Assembly: GCA_965226795.1 (NCBI GenBank)
Contig: CBDDDZ010000005.1
Location: 1,888,001 to 1,952,000, forward strand
Direction: 5' to 3'
DNA from: Candidatus Latescibacterota bacterium
Lineage (GTDB): Bacteria > Latescibacterota > UBA2968 > GCA-2709665
DNA: 64,000 nt
The notes beneath the pieces were generated by a model, which was not told the origin of the DNA, searched no databases, and saw only the letters and a program-made list of their open reading frames with translations. Within the stretch, counting starts at the first letter, position 1. The number at the start of each line of letters is the position of its first letter. Positions 10,729 to 21,475 of the stretch are shown here, piece after piece. The position numbers and the translations under genes were made by a program.

Positions 10729-11550
10729 TCAGAGCCGGAATACCTTTTCTGCATTTGTCCGTGTAATTCGTTCGAACGCGTCTTTTGACAACGGCGCACT
10801 TTTGACGTAGTCGACAATAGGCGTTTTCTGCCCCACCCGCAGATAGTCGGTAGCGAACATCAATCGATGTTTCCATCGCTTCAGGAAATTCAAACCGAAC
10901 TCCGGGTCCCGCGTAATGGCCCCGTACCCGGATCCCGCGGAAAGGTCCGCGTACAGATTCGGGTACTTTCGAAACAGCGCTTCAACCCTGCCGCCGGGTG
11001 CCACCTTTCCACCGGGATACCCCGCCCCTGCATCGACGTTTCCTGATATCTCGCGCCAGAAATGGGGTGAATGCCCGATGAATTTCACGTTTCGGTACGT
11101 CTTCAGCATTCGTTCAAACCCTGTGAGCCCCGGTTTATCCCGATTTATCCAGGAATCGAAATGCATAACGATGGCAATGTTCAACCGGTCGCACGCCTCG
11201 TAGACCCGTTGCTGCATCGGATCGTCCACGGGCAATCCGCAAAGATTCTCTCCGTATCCGACACATCCCTGATCCATGTAACCCGCAATGATCGGGTACG
11301 GCTCAAATCGCCCCGGATACCGATGACGGGGATCAACGGCACAAAGAGGCTTCAGCCGATCGCGATGGGCGCGCGTCATTTTCAGCAATTCCTTTGTTGT
11401 CACGAAGAAATCCAGTTCCTCCGGCACCTCCACCGCCATCACCACCGCCTTTTCGATGCCCTGCCGATCCATCCAGCGAAGCAGTTTGGAGGGCGTCAAT
11501 CCCGGGTTGTCAAACAGGAGTTGTCCCAGATGAACATGTGTGTCGATCAT
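10729..11550 (-). CDS. Amidohydrolase_2 family metal-dependent hydrolase (copy 1)
   Basis: IDTHVH, NLYADLSAGSG, RLMFATDY; close paralogue of 9696-10544. Confidence 0.9.
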   Translation of the reverse strand: MIDTHVHLGQLLFDNPGLTPSKLLRWMDRQGIEKAVVMAVEVPEELDFFVTTKELLKMTRAHRDRLKPLCAVDPRHRYPGRFEPYPIIAGYMDQGCVGYGENLCGLPVDDPMQQRVYEACDRLNIAIVMHFDSWINRDKPGLTGFERMLKTYRNVKFIGHSPHFWREISGNVDAGAGYPGGKVAPGGRVEALFRKYPNLYADLSAGSGYGAITRDPEFGLNFLKRWKHRLMFATDYLRVGQKTPIVDYVKSAPLSKDAFERITRTNAEKVFRL

Positions 11551-11575
11551 TTCCTTCGCTCCACCTGAAAGTGCA

Positions 11576-12778
11576 TTACTTCCTTATCTCTGTCTCGAAA
11601 ACACGTTTCTCGGGTTTTCGACTGACTTCCCCGTCTTCCGAACCCTTCCGCAGCGTATCCATGATGAGCAGCGCAATCGACTGCACGGTCTCGTCCAGAT
11701 CCGAATTTTCAAATGCCGGCACGCCGGATCCATCGCCAACGTCCAGTATATGCTGTTGTATCCTCATTATCTGGTCCAGATATTTAACGTACCGGTGCCG
11801 GGTGCGGCCGGCGGCACCCTTGCCCCGACTTTCAAATCGATCCGTAAATTGCTGCAAATCGGTGAGAAACAGATTCGCGTGGATAAATAACGCTTTTTTT
11901 GAATACACTTGAAGTCCGAGCAGGTCGGGCATCAGATGAACGCCGTCGACGATCAGGCTCACATTTTCGTCAATCGCCCGTTCGATGGTCGCCCGCACGC
12001 CGACAGTGACACGGGCCGCCTGTTCGCGAAATCCGTAGACGACGGGATGATCAGGCGCCTCGTCCGTAGGCACAGAGATCGCCTCCCATGCCGCGTATGA
12101 CGACACCTGTAATTCGGGCATGAAATCGGACGCGATCATCAACCGCATCACCTGGCGGATCTCGTCGGTCGACGCCACCCGCGACACCCGCAGCAGATTG
12201 GCCAGCGCCACGGCTACCGTCGTCTTGCCGACGCCCGTCCCCCCGCCAATCAGGACAATCAGGGGTATTGTCTGCCCCCCCTTGCGAAACCGATTCCAGG
12301 TGCCGTACCGCTCCGCGAACGCGTCGCCGGAATCACTGCGGAGCATGTTCAACGTCGCTTTCAGGACGTCGTCGCGGGTAACCACCGTCCTGTTGTTCTG
12401 GATGAAATCGAACTCGATTCGCTCGGCTATCCGGTACGCCTGGCTTTCGTCCACACCGGTTATGGCCAGGGAGTCGGAGAGGTGGTCTTTCGAAAACGAC
12501 CGGGTGCCCAGATCGTCTTCGACGAGTATCTGCCTGGATCGCGGCGCCCAGAAAACACCGTCTCCCACGGGACGGTCGGCGAAAAGCTCACGCGCGTGGG
12601 TACGTACCAGATCGATCATCTTTCCGGCGGGCACCTTTTTCTGCTTCTGAATGGAACTTCTGACCCGGTCTGCGACCTGGTATGCCTCCCGGAAGGAGAA
12701 CCCATGCTCCAGCAGATAGTGCGTGAGCATTCCTCTCAGAAACGGTATGCGCTTTCCGCTGTCTACAATGATGGCCAC
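11576..12778 (-). CDS. 2-phosphoglycerate kinase-like protein with two N-terminal ATP-cone-like domains
   Basis: IPFLRGMLTHYL...AYQVA and SFSKDHLSDSL...AYRIA cone-like repeats; P-loop LIGGGTGVGKTT; STDEIRQVMR, SSYAAW, IERAIDENVSLIVDGVHL. Confidence 0.82.
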   Translation of the reverse strand: MAIIVDSGKRIPFLRGMLTHYLLEHGFSFREAYQVADRVRSSIQKQKKVPAGKMIDLVRTHARELFADRPVGDGVFWAPRSRQILVEDDLGTRSFSKDHLSDSLAITGVDESQAYRIAERIEFDFIQNNRTVVTRDDVLKATLNMLRSDSGDAFAERYGTWNRFRKGGQTIPLIVLIGGGTGVGKTTVAVALANLLRVSRVASTDEIRQVMRLMIASDFMPELQVSSYAAWEAISVPTDEAPDHPVVYGFREQAARVTVGVRATIERAIDENVSLIVDGVHLMPDLLGLQVYSKKALFIHANLFLTDLQQFTDRFESRGKGAAGRTRHRYVKYLDQIMRIQQHILDVGDGSGVPAFENSDLDETVQSIALLIMDTLRKGSEDGEVSRKPEKRVFETEIRK

Positions 12779-12969
12779 GGTGGCCCCCGGTGATCTGAGT
12801 CGCCGTCGTTGAAACCCACGTTCCTACTGGAAAAACCCGGGCCGCGCCAATAGCCGACCCCGTTAGAATTAGACCGGTCGGCGAACGGAAGTCAACTGAA
12901 ATTGCACGTGACTGACTCTGGTCCTCCGACTGCCTGATCCTTCTCCGCAGGGTCCTCTCGCCGAACAGA

Positions 12970-14109
12970 TTACCCCATAACCGGCAGGAGATTCAACGGA
13001 TACTCGGACAGTGTTTCCACGCCCGTGGGTGTAATCAGAAACGTATTCTCCAGGCGGATCCCCGAACGCAGGTCGTTGCTGTATGCCCCGGGTTCGCAGG
13101 AAAACACGTCTCCAACTTCAAAGACCGCATCCCGATCCCGATTGATGTCCGGCGCCTCGTGGGGCCGCATCCCCACGCCGTGGCCGCCGTGGTGGATCAA
13201 CCCGGAATCCGCCAGATGAGCGTGTTCACGAATGCGCGCGTCGATCGTCTTCCACAGCGCGGTTGCACTTTCCCCCGGCCTGACCAGGCCTGGAACGTCG
13301 TTCAGAATTCCAGCCAGGTGCTCGTAGACCGACTCCTGCAGATCCGTGGGCGCTCCGCCGACCGCAAAGGTTCGCGCCAGATCCGACCAGTATCCGCGAT
13401 AGGTGGACTGGGCGTCGATGATGTAGAGTTCGCCCGCCTCTATCTTCCGATCCCTCGCGGTCCCGCCAATGACGCCGGCCTGATAGTCGCCCCCGTGATA
13501 GACCACCTCCCCCGCGGCACTCATCGCCGCCTGCTGCGCCTCGGCGAGCACATCCAGTTCGTTCACGCCCGGTTCAATCACTTCCTGCGCCCGCGTATAT
13601 GCCGCCAGATCGACCTCGATGCTTTTTCTCAGCAGCGCCAATTCGTCGGATTCCTTCCGTTTGTGCAGGCCCGCCAGCAAATCATCGACGGGCGCCCAGG
13701 TATCCGGTGACAGCCTGGCGTCCACCGTCTCCGCCAGCAGCCTCTCAAGGCCCTCCTCCTGCCATCCGATGCAGGAGACCGGCGCCCCGCCGAGCAATCT
13801 TGACGACACCGCCCCATTGAGCAGCCGGAGCGGATCGGGATTCATCGTACTCATCTTGTGCCATTCGTAGGTGATGCGATCGTCCACCAGTGCGTCGCCC
13901 TCCTCCGTATGCGCCGCCAGCCACGAACCGCCATCCGTCTCGAAAAACAGGAACGCCGGAAAATAGAACGCCGGGAACGCCGACAACAGCAGTCCCGTCA
14001 GATAGTATATCTCGATATGATCCGAAAGCACGACCGCGTCAATTCCATCTGCGTTCAGTTTCCCGCGTAGCCTGTTCTGCCTGTCCCTGCAGCCTTCGGG
14101 TGTCAACAT
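12970..14109 (-). CDS. M24 family Xaa-Pro peptidase
   Basis: IDAQSTYRGYWSDLART, HHGGHGVGMRPHEAP, CEPGAY, GIRLENTFLIT. Confidence 0.9.
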   Translation of the reverse strand: MLTPEGCRDRQNRLRGKLNADGIDAVVLSDHIEIYYLTGLLLSAFPAFYFPAFLFFETDGGSWLAAHTEEGDALVDDRITYEWHKMSTMNPDPLRLLNGAVSSRLLGGAPVSCIGWQEEGLERLLAETVDARLSPDTWAPVDDLLAGLHKRKESDELALLRKSIEVDLAAYTRAQEVIEPGVNELDVLAEAQQAAMSAAGEVVYHGGDYQAGVIGGTARDRKIEAGELYIIDAQSTYRGYWSDLARTFAVGGAPTDLQESVYEHLAGILNDVPGLVRPGESATALWKTIDARIREHAHLADSGLIHHGGHGVGMRPHEAPDINRDRDAVFEVGDVFSCEPGAYSNDLRSGIRLENTFLITPTGVETLSEYPLNLLPVMG

Positions 14110-14168
14110 AAGAGGGACTCCTTTCCTGAGTCGAGCTGTTTTGCTGTTCAGATTTCGGTTTCTGTCGT

Positions 14169-14198
14169 ATGATAACAGCGCCGGAGGCGGCCAGTCAA
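14169..14198 (-). promoter_or_regulatory. Putative sigma70 promoter for the M24 peptidase
   Basis: Minus strand TTGACT-18 nt-TATCAT with TG extended -10. Confidence 0.5.
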
Positions 14199-14265
14199 GC
14201 GAATTGGCGGTCAGCGAGACAAATCAGCGATGCAATATCGAACAGATTCAAACGAAAGGAACGCT

Positions 14266-15300
14266 ATGGCATCTTATCGCGCGGGTGTGGTAGGCGCAGG
14301 GAGTATTTCCGTTCGACACATCAAGGCATGGCAGGCGCATCCCGACGTGGACCTGACCTGCATCGCGGACATCAGCGAACAGGCCGCGAACAGCCGTGCG
14401 GATGAATTCGGCATCCGGAACCGATATACCCATTACCTGGAAATGTTCGGCAAGGGTAATCTCGACATTATCAGCATCTGTACGTGGATGAATACCCACG
14501 CGGAAATCGCCGTCTCCGCGGCGGAGGCCGGCATTGGCGGCATCCTGTGTGAAAAACCGCTGGCCGGCAGCCTCGAGGAAGTCGACCGCATCCTGGACGC
14601 CGCAGAAGAAGCCGGTACCCGCGTCGCCGTGGGCCATCACCAGCGGTTCCGCGGCGCATGCGAAAAGGGCCGGGAACTGGTATTGGGAGGCGCGATCGGA
14701 CAGCCCGGACTCTTTCACGGAAACACGACGGGCGGCCTGCTCAACAACGGCAGCCACCTTGTCGACATTGCGCAATACCTGATGGATGATCCCGCACCCG
14801 TCTGGGGGATCAGCCAGGTGGCGCGACACACCGACCGCCACGAACGCCACGAACCTATCGAAGATCTCTGCGCGGGAGTCATCGCTCTGAAAAACGGCGC
14901 ACGCATCCTGATTGAAAGCGACGTGCCCGAGCCGGCTCCGCCCTATGGCGCGATGACACTGCACGGAACAGAGGGCACGCTCGTCGTCGGACCTCGGAAG
15001 GCGCAATTGCTCAATGGCGCGGGATGGCAGGACATCGATGCGACCGATTCCGTAGACGTAGGCGTCGCACAGGCGGCGGAACTCGTGGACTGGATGGACG
15101 GCCGCGTCAGCGAACACCGTTGCGCCATCCGGAAAAACCGCACCGTCATTGAGATACTCATGGCCATCTATGAATCGGCGCGACTCCGCGACACGGTCAC
15201 CTTTCCCCTCGCCTCGGGACCCTCACCGCTGAAACAGATGATCGACAATCAGGATCTTCCGGTTACCGTACCCGGGAAATATGATATCCGGATCAGATAG
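14266..15300 (+). CDS. Gfo/Idh/MocA family oxidoreductase
   Basis: GVVGAGSIS, ICT...H, LCEKPLA, GHHQRF, NNGSHLVD; RBS GAAAGGA before ATG 14266. Confidence 0.92.
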   Translation: MASYRAGVVGAGSISVRHIKAWQAHPDVDLTCIADISEQAANSRADEFGIRNRYTHYLEMFGKGNLDIISICTWMNTHAEIAVSAAEAGIGGILCEKPLAGSLEEVDRILDAAEEAGTRVAVGHHQRFRGACEKGRELVLGGAIGQPGLFHGNTTGGLLNNGSHLVDIAQYLMDDPAPVWGISQVARHTDRHERHEPIEDLCAGVIALKNGARILIESDVPEPAPPYGAMTLHGTEGTLVVGPRKAQLLNGAGWQDIDATDSVDVGVAQAAELVDWMDGRVSEHRCAIRKNRTVIEILMAIYESARLRDTVTFPLASGPSPLKQMIDNQDLPVTVPGKYDIRIR

Positions 15301-15311
15301 ATGCCCCCCGG

Positions 15312-15418
15312 ACTGTGATTCGTGTGATTTACTATGATTAAAGGCTGATTACAACCAGTGGAGAGACTGTGGTTGATGTGATTTTGGCGATGGCCTCAAT
15401 TGAGTGAGAGTGACATGA
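15312..15418 (+). repeat. ~105-bp direct repeat, copy 1 (overlaps the WD40 gene start)
   Basis: ACTGTGATTCGTGTGATT...TGATTAAAGGCTGATTA...GTGGAGAGACTGTGGTTGATGTGATTTTGG.GATGGCCT...TGAGTGAG.G.GAC recurs at 21288. Confidence 0.9.
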
Positions 15419-17465
15419 GGACATGGGTTGTACATCGTTTGCGTGTGCCGCATTTGCTGGCGATATGCGTAGTTGTATTGCTCTGCCAGCCGCGGGAGAT
15501 CTGCGCTTTGCCGGTGCAGGTTGATAGCGTGCATTACTGCGTTCCGTTCGATTACGAACAGTGGCTGCGGGACAACCCCCCTGCGGCCAGCAAGTGGACC
15601 GGGGAATTGGATGTGGGGGAACCGCGTACCGTACGTATGATTTACTTCCTACCTAATGACCGTCCTTTTCGCCAGGACGTGGTCGATTCGATGAAGACAA
15701 CGATTCAGCGGATCCAGACGTTCTACGCCGAACAGATGCTGGCGCACGGGTTTGGCGACATGACATTTCGTTTCGAGACCGGCGCCCAGGGTGACCCGTT
15801 GGTGCACCGCGTGGATGGCGAACACGCCGATAGTTACTATCATGACTCGACTCACAGTGGTGCTAACGAGGTCGCGAAGATTTTCGATCCATATGCGAAT
15901 ATTGATTTTGTAATCCTCGACATAAGTTCCTTTAGAGGTCCTGAAGGAGGAGGTAAGATCGGGAAAAATGGTGGCACTTCGTTCCTTGCTTACGGACAAA
16001 TGCGTTTTGGGGCCCACGAACTTGGACATGCTTTCGGCTTGCACCACGATTTCAACAATGGTGGGTACGTCATGTCGTATGGTCCGGGAATGGACCGATT
16101 ATCTGCCTGCCATGCCGAATTCTTATCCGTACATCCCTACTTCAACCCCGAAAGCTCCTTTATAAGTGACATGGCTCGTTTACCCACCGTCGAGCTCATT
16201 TCATTGCCTAGTTATCAGGCTGGCGCAACGAGCGTTAACATCCAACTCAAGGTCAAAGATTCAGAGGGGCTTCACCAGGTGCTCCTGTTGAGCATAACAA
16301 GGCGACCTCATAGCGCCGCCGGAAACTACGAAGTGAAGGCATGCCGTGGATTGGCAGGTAAGAGAGATAGCGTTGTTGACTTGGAGTATGACGGCGTAAA
16401 TCCATCTTCCTTATTTTCGAGTCTATCGGATCCAGTTTCACATCTGATGCGTGTTGAGGTCGTCAATTCCGAGGGAGACGTGGGCCATACGGATTTCGTG
16501 CTCTCGGAGATCTCCCCAAACCTGATTGCCACCCTGGAAGGCCATAGGAGTGAAGTCAACTCGGTGGCCTTTTCTCCGGATGGGGCCACAATGGCTTCTT
16601 CGGGACTATGGGATAGAGAGATCAAGCTGTGGAATGTAGCGACCCGAGAAGAGATCGCCACTTTGGCGGGGTACCCGCAAGGGTTTCTTCCATTGGCGTT
16701 TTCTCCCGACGACGCCATTCTGGCTTCCGGGGTATCGGATGGCAGGGTGCTGTTATGGGACACCTCCGAGTGGGTGCAGCCCCGTCCCTTTCGCCTGATC
16801 GAAATCTCCGGAGACGGGCAGCAGGGCGCGCCTGGGGCTGCGTTGGAGCGTCCGCCCGTCGTGGAAGCAAGAGATCAGTACGACAATCCGCTCCCCGATG
16901 TGCCGGGCACCTTCAGCTCTACCGCGGGAGATGGAACGCTTGGAGGGAACTTCACGATCGAGCGCCCAATCACCGACACCAGCGGTCGTGTTGAAGTTTC
17001 CCTAACCCTTGGACCCGGCCCCGGCACAAACACCGTTGAGGTTTCACCGGGCGGGCGCACACTAAAGACATTTCACGCGGAGGATGTAGGGAACGGCGTT
17101 ATCGTCCCTCAGGACGATATCCGGACATGGCATCTGCCGGACGGGGCGATTGCGCGTCTCGGAAAGGGAGGCATCAGCGGAGGCGACCTCGCCCTGGACC
17201 TGTCGAAGGATGGACGATATCTGGCGGTAGCCAGTGCCATCGGCGTGTGGGTCTTCGAATCGGCGTCCGGCCGTGCCGCGATGCTTCTGCCGGCCGTTGA
17301 TGTCAAATCGGTTTCGTTTTCGCCCGATGGCGCGACGCTGGCTTCCACGGGCTGGGGCGAAATCGAGCTGTGGCATGTCGAAACGGGCACAAGGATTGGC
17401 GTCCTTTCCCGGGAGTGGTTGCCTTTCCCTATTGCGTTGATTTCGCCGGACGGCGCCACACTAGC
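15415..17465 (+). pseudogene. 5' part of an IS1380-disrupted secreted metzincin/WD40/Big_1/dockerin-like protein
   Basis: Signal-like LLAICVVVLLC; AHELGHAFGLHHD plus Met-turn YVMSY; WD repeats (GHRSEVNSVAFSPDG...LWN); Ig-like ISGDGQQG...LTLGPGPGTNTV; the frame runs into the IS after DGATLA. Confidence 0.88.
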
Positions 17466-19346
17466 CCTAAAATAAGCGAGTTTCGTTTGCGGCACATCGA
17501 TCTGTGTTTGTGTTGAGGCGTTGGTGTCGATTTATATGGAATTGGCGTTTTGGATGGTTTTTAGGGCCGTGTTTGTCGTGGTCGCTATCGTGAATTGAGT
17601 ATCCGAAGTGTCGGTCAGACGCGTGGTGGACACACCGGTGCGTTGAGGGGTGTGGGGATGGCGCGGCGTGTGTGTGTCATCGGTCGTGCTGCATTGGTGT
17701 TATCCAAATCCGGTGCGTTCAATGATACGCCAGGTGCTGAAGAGGCGATCGAGGGTGGGTTGATAGCCGATGAGCCGTAACGTGGTGGTGTGCGCGCGTC
17801 GCGTGACGTGGCAGGGAATCAAGATAATGCTGTGGATGAAGCGCCGGAATTCCATGCGGACGTACTGCTGTCGGTCCAGGTGTCGGTGCATCATCATGGC
17901 AAACCAGGATTTGAGGTTCCAGGCCAGGGCGGCGATGACCATGTAGGCCCAGTTGCTGACCAGGTCATACAGGGGCACGCGCAAGGCGTTGACGCCGTTT
18001 TTGAGTTGCTCGATGACGTTCTCCTGATCGCAGCGTTGGTTGGCACAGGCGACGATCTCGGCGGGGCTTACGTCCGTGCGTGTCGTGATATAGAAGAAAT
18101 AACGGCATTCGTCGAACAGGACAAGGTCGCCCTTCATTTTGCTGATGTTCTTGCGCAGAACCACGACGCGATACACACGTTTACAGCGCGGGGGTTGGTA
18201 GTTGAACTCGGCCACGTGTTCGTGGTTGAGGACCAGGTTGGCGTAGGCCCGTTTGCGGACGATGCGCTGTTTCTCGTGGGGCTGATTGCGCTTCCGCTTC
18301 TGGTCGGTCACGGTGTGATAACGGGGTTTGCGTTGCAGGGGCTGCCATTGTGCCTCGTCGAGGGCCTCAGCACGGGAACGCATCGTCGCGTTGGCGTCCA
18401 TCCCGAAGATGAAGTCGACGTTTTTCGCCCAGCGATCAAAATGTCGAGTCAAGGAAAAGTCGGTGTCGCCACGTACACAGAGGCGCTTGGCGTGGGGCTG
18501 CACCAGCGCCAAGGCCGCGTCGATCCAGGGTGCCGCACCGGTGTGGCTGGGCACATTCCCCGGTCGGTTGACCAGGAAGAGCACTTCCTTCGTGTTGGCC
18601 AGTGAGATCACCAGCGGATGGTAGCCCCAGATGCCCTGGTAAGAGATGTCCATACCCCTCTTGCGCTTTCCATATGTCGGCACGTTTGTGCCGTCCACGT
18701 CGATATAGGTGATGTCACAAAGCAATTTGCGGCCACGCGATGCCCACAAGGAGGATCGCACCGCGTTGATGCACGCCATCAGTTCGACGATGTCCCGTTC
18801 CGAGAAGCGTCGGCAAAAGTCACCCGCCGTGGTCGGATCGGGAATCAACTGAGCACCCAGGGCATTCATGTAGGCCCCGTCATGTCGCAAACGCTCGATA
18901 TCCTCCAGGCGCGTGCCGCCGCACAACACGTTGTAAGCGATGTTGAGCACGTGGTCCGACTCATGATAGGGCAGATGCACCTTCAACAGGGACAGCGACG
19001 CGTCGATGCGCTTGGGCAGTCCCAGCTTGGTGACCAGGCGATGCACGGCGCCGATGCCTCCGTAACTCATCGCGTCGGTGTAGGCGCCCACCTCGTAGTG
19101 CACTTTGCCAGGACTGAACATGGGCCGGGGCTGCGCCTGCCAATGCCCCGCTCGACCGTGGCGGGCGACCACTTTGCGTTTGCGACGAGCACTGTTCCTG
19201 CGGCTGTCATCAACCGATATTCTTTTCACCGGAAAGGTCTCCTGCGTTGGAGTGATGATTTCTAGCGCAATCCATCTATCTCCAACAACGGTAGGCCTTT
19301 CCGGTCTCTTGGACCAGAAAAATCTCACCATCACGCTTGTTTAAGG
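17466..19346 (-). mobile_element. IS1380-family insertion sequence, 1881 bp, 6-bp TSD ACTAGC
   Basis: Left end CCTAAAATAAGCG vs reverse complement of right end CCTTAAACAAGCG (11/13); ACTAGC at 17460-17465 and 19347-19352; removing it restores DGATLASGQLDGSVLLWD. Confidence 0.92.
17700..19229 (-). CDS. IS1380 family DDE transposase
   Basis: YHESDHVLNIAYN, PDPTTAGDFCRRF, IDVDGT, VRGDTDF, NQRCDQENVIEQLK; GTG 19229 with GCAGGAG RBS. Confidence 0.92.
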   Translation of the reverse strand: MKRISVDDSRRNSARRKRKVVARHGRAGHWQAQPRPMFSPGKVHYEVGAYTDAMSYGGIGAVHRLVTKLGLPKRIDASLSLLKVHLPYHESDHVLNIAYNVLCGGTRLEDIERLRHDGAYMNALGAQLIPDPTTAGDFCRRFSERDIVELMACINAVRSSLWASRGRKLLCDITYIDVDGTNVPTYGKRKRGMDISYQGIWGYHPLVISLANTKEVLFLVNRPGNVPSHTGAAPWIDAALALVQPHAKRLCVRGDTDFSLTRHFDRWAKNVDFIFGMDANATMRSRAEALDEAQWQPLQRKPRYHTVTDQKRKRNQPHEKQRIVRKRAYANLVLNHEHVAEFNYQPPRCKRVYRVVVLRKNISKMKGDLVLFDECRYFFYITTRTDVSPAEIVACANQRCDQENVIEQLKNGVNALRVPLYDLVSNWAYMVIAALAWNLKSWFAMMMHRHLDRQQYVRMEFRRFIHSIILIPCHVTRRAHTTTLRLIGYQPTLDRLFSTWRIIERTGFG

Positions 19347-19352
19347 ACTAGC

Positions 19353-21273
19353 TTCGGGCCAATTGGATGGCTCGGTACTTCTGTGGGATATCGAGGGCCG
19401 AAATGTGATTGCAGTTCTGGATGGGCATACGTGGCAGATCACGTCGCTGGCGTTCTCTCCAGACGGGTCCACCCTGGCATCGGGGTCATGGGGTGGCACC
19501 GTCAGAATGTGGGACACGGCATCCAGAGAGGAGATCGCCACGCTGAAAGCGGGAACGGGGCCCGTAAGGTTAGCATTCTCGCCCGATGGGGGCATCCTGG
19601 CATCGGGGTCATGGGGTGGCACCGTCAGAATGTGGGACACGGCATCCAGAGAGGAGATCGCCACGCTGAAAGCAGGAACGGGGCACGTAAGGTTAGCATT
19701 CTCGCCCGATGGGCACACGCTGACGACCGGATCCTGGAGCGAGCTGATTCACTGGAATGTCGAAACCCGAGATCGTGTCGCCACGCTGGACGTGCGCAGG
19801 CCAGGAATCTCGTTACTGGCGTATTCTCCTGACGGCTCCATCCTCGTTACAGTGTCTGGAAACGGTCCGGTTACGCTGCGGTACCTGGAGTCGAGAAGCG
19901 CAGTCAGGATCCGAGGATTCTTCGGTTTAAGTTCCATGGCAATGTCTCCAAATGGAGCGACTTTGGCTGTCGGGACAGAAGAAGGCACGATCCTGCAATG
20001 GGATCTGTCGCCATTGGCAGCACTACCTTCACTCGAGTCGGTCGGATCTTTCAGCTCCGTTAGTTCACTGGCGTTTTCGCCCGGCGGGAACATCATCGCC
20101 TTCTCCGCGACTTTCGATCATCATGATTTAATCAAATTTTGGGGCACGACGACAAGGGAAGAGATCGCCACACTTATTCCGAAGCAACATCACGTCCGTT
20201 CGATGACGTTTTCGCCAGATGGCAAGACACTTGCCACCGGGGGTTGGGGAAATAATAACGTCGAGTTGTGGGACGTGCCGACCCGGGAAGAGATTGCCTC
20301 GTTGAAGGGGCATACGAATGTTATCAGTACGGTGGCGTTTTCGCCGGACGGGAACACATTGGCCTCAGCGTCACGCGACGAAACGGTAAAGCTGTGGGAC
20401 CTGGCGACACGGAAAGAGGTCGCCTCGTTGGAGGGGCATAAGTATGAGGTCACGTCGGTTGTTTTCTCCCCCGACGCAAAAACATTGGCTTCAGGGTCGG
20501 GCGACGGGACGGTCAAACTCTGGGATGTGACATCCCGGGAAGAGATCGCCTCGTTGTGGCATCAGAGTGCTGTCCATTCAGTGGTGTTTTCACCCGATGG
20601 AACCACGCTCGCCGCTGGGGCATATAAAAAGGTTACACTGTGGGATGTGGCGTCCCGCAAAGAGATCGACTCCCTGAAAGGGCATGTGGGCAACGTGAAA
20701 CCTCTGTTGTTCTCGCCTGACGGGGCCACGTTGATTTCGGGCTCTGACGATGACACCATGCTGTTATGGGATTTGAAGCACGGTCAAAGCCGACCGCATA
20801 TTCTGAAGGAGGTCTCCGGGCTTGAGCAGAAGGGTCCGGCCGGGACGGCGTTAGCCAAGCCGTTTGTCGTCTCTCTGCAGGACCAAAACGGAGAACCGTA
20901 TGCCGGCGCCGTCGTAACGTTTGCAGTAACCGCTGGCGGCGGTACGCTGTCTGTAACCACAGACACGACCGATGCCAACGGACGTGCCGCGACGACCCTG
21001 ACGCTGGGGAGCCAGCCGGGGACGAACACCGTCGTGGCAACGGTAGCGGATCTCGAGTCGGTAATTTTTTCGGCTATCGCGCTGGCCAACCCCGACTTTG
21101 ATGGCAACGGTACGGTCGGATTCGACGATTTTGTGCAATTCGCGGCAAAGTTTGGACTGAGTCAGGACGAAGACGGCTATGAAGCGCGATATGATCTGGA
21201 CGGAAACGGCAGCGTAGGATTTTCGGACTTTCTGATTTTCGCAGGCGCCTTCGGGAAGGATGTCGGGAAGTAG
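19353..21273 (+). pseudogene. 3' part of the disrupted protein: about ten WD40 repeats, Big_1-like domain, C-terminal double dockerin/EF-hand-like motif
   Basis: Repeated AFSPDG.TLASG...VKLWD; VSGLEQKG...TLTLGSQPGTNTV; DFDGNGTVGFDDF...YDLDGNGSVGFSDF. Confidence 0.88.
19473..19713 (+). repeat. Tandem duplication of one WD40 unit, 123-bp period
   Basis: 19473-19590 and 19596-19713 differ at only two positions that I can see. Confidence 0.9.
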
Positions 21274-21287
21274 CCACCCCACCCCGA

Positions 21288-21393
21288 ACTGTGATTCGTG
21301 TGATTGGTGTGATTAAAGGCTGATTAAAACCCGTGGAGAGACTGTGGTTGATGTGATTTTGGGGATGGCCTTTAGTGAGTGAGGGCGACCTGA
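21288..21393 (+). repeat. ~105-bp direct repeat, copy 2 (just after the WD40 stop)
   Basis: Matches 15312-15418; followed by AATCAACCCAACCACAATCAG (~21442-21462), loosely complementary to the repeat start. Confidence 0.9.
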
Positions 21394-21475
21394 TGAGATG
21401 GAGTGTTCATCTTAAATAAGCCCGATCGATTTCGGGGATCGAATCAACCCAACCACAATCAGCAGAGGCATATCT

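Noticed and set aside
15312..21393. CRISPR repeats
   Set aside because: Only two ~105-bp copies 6 kb apart; no spacers or cas genes.
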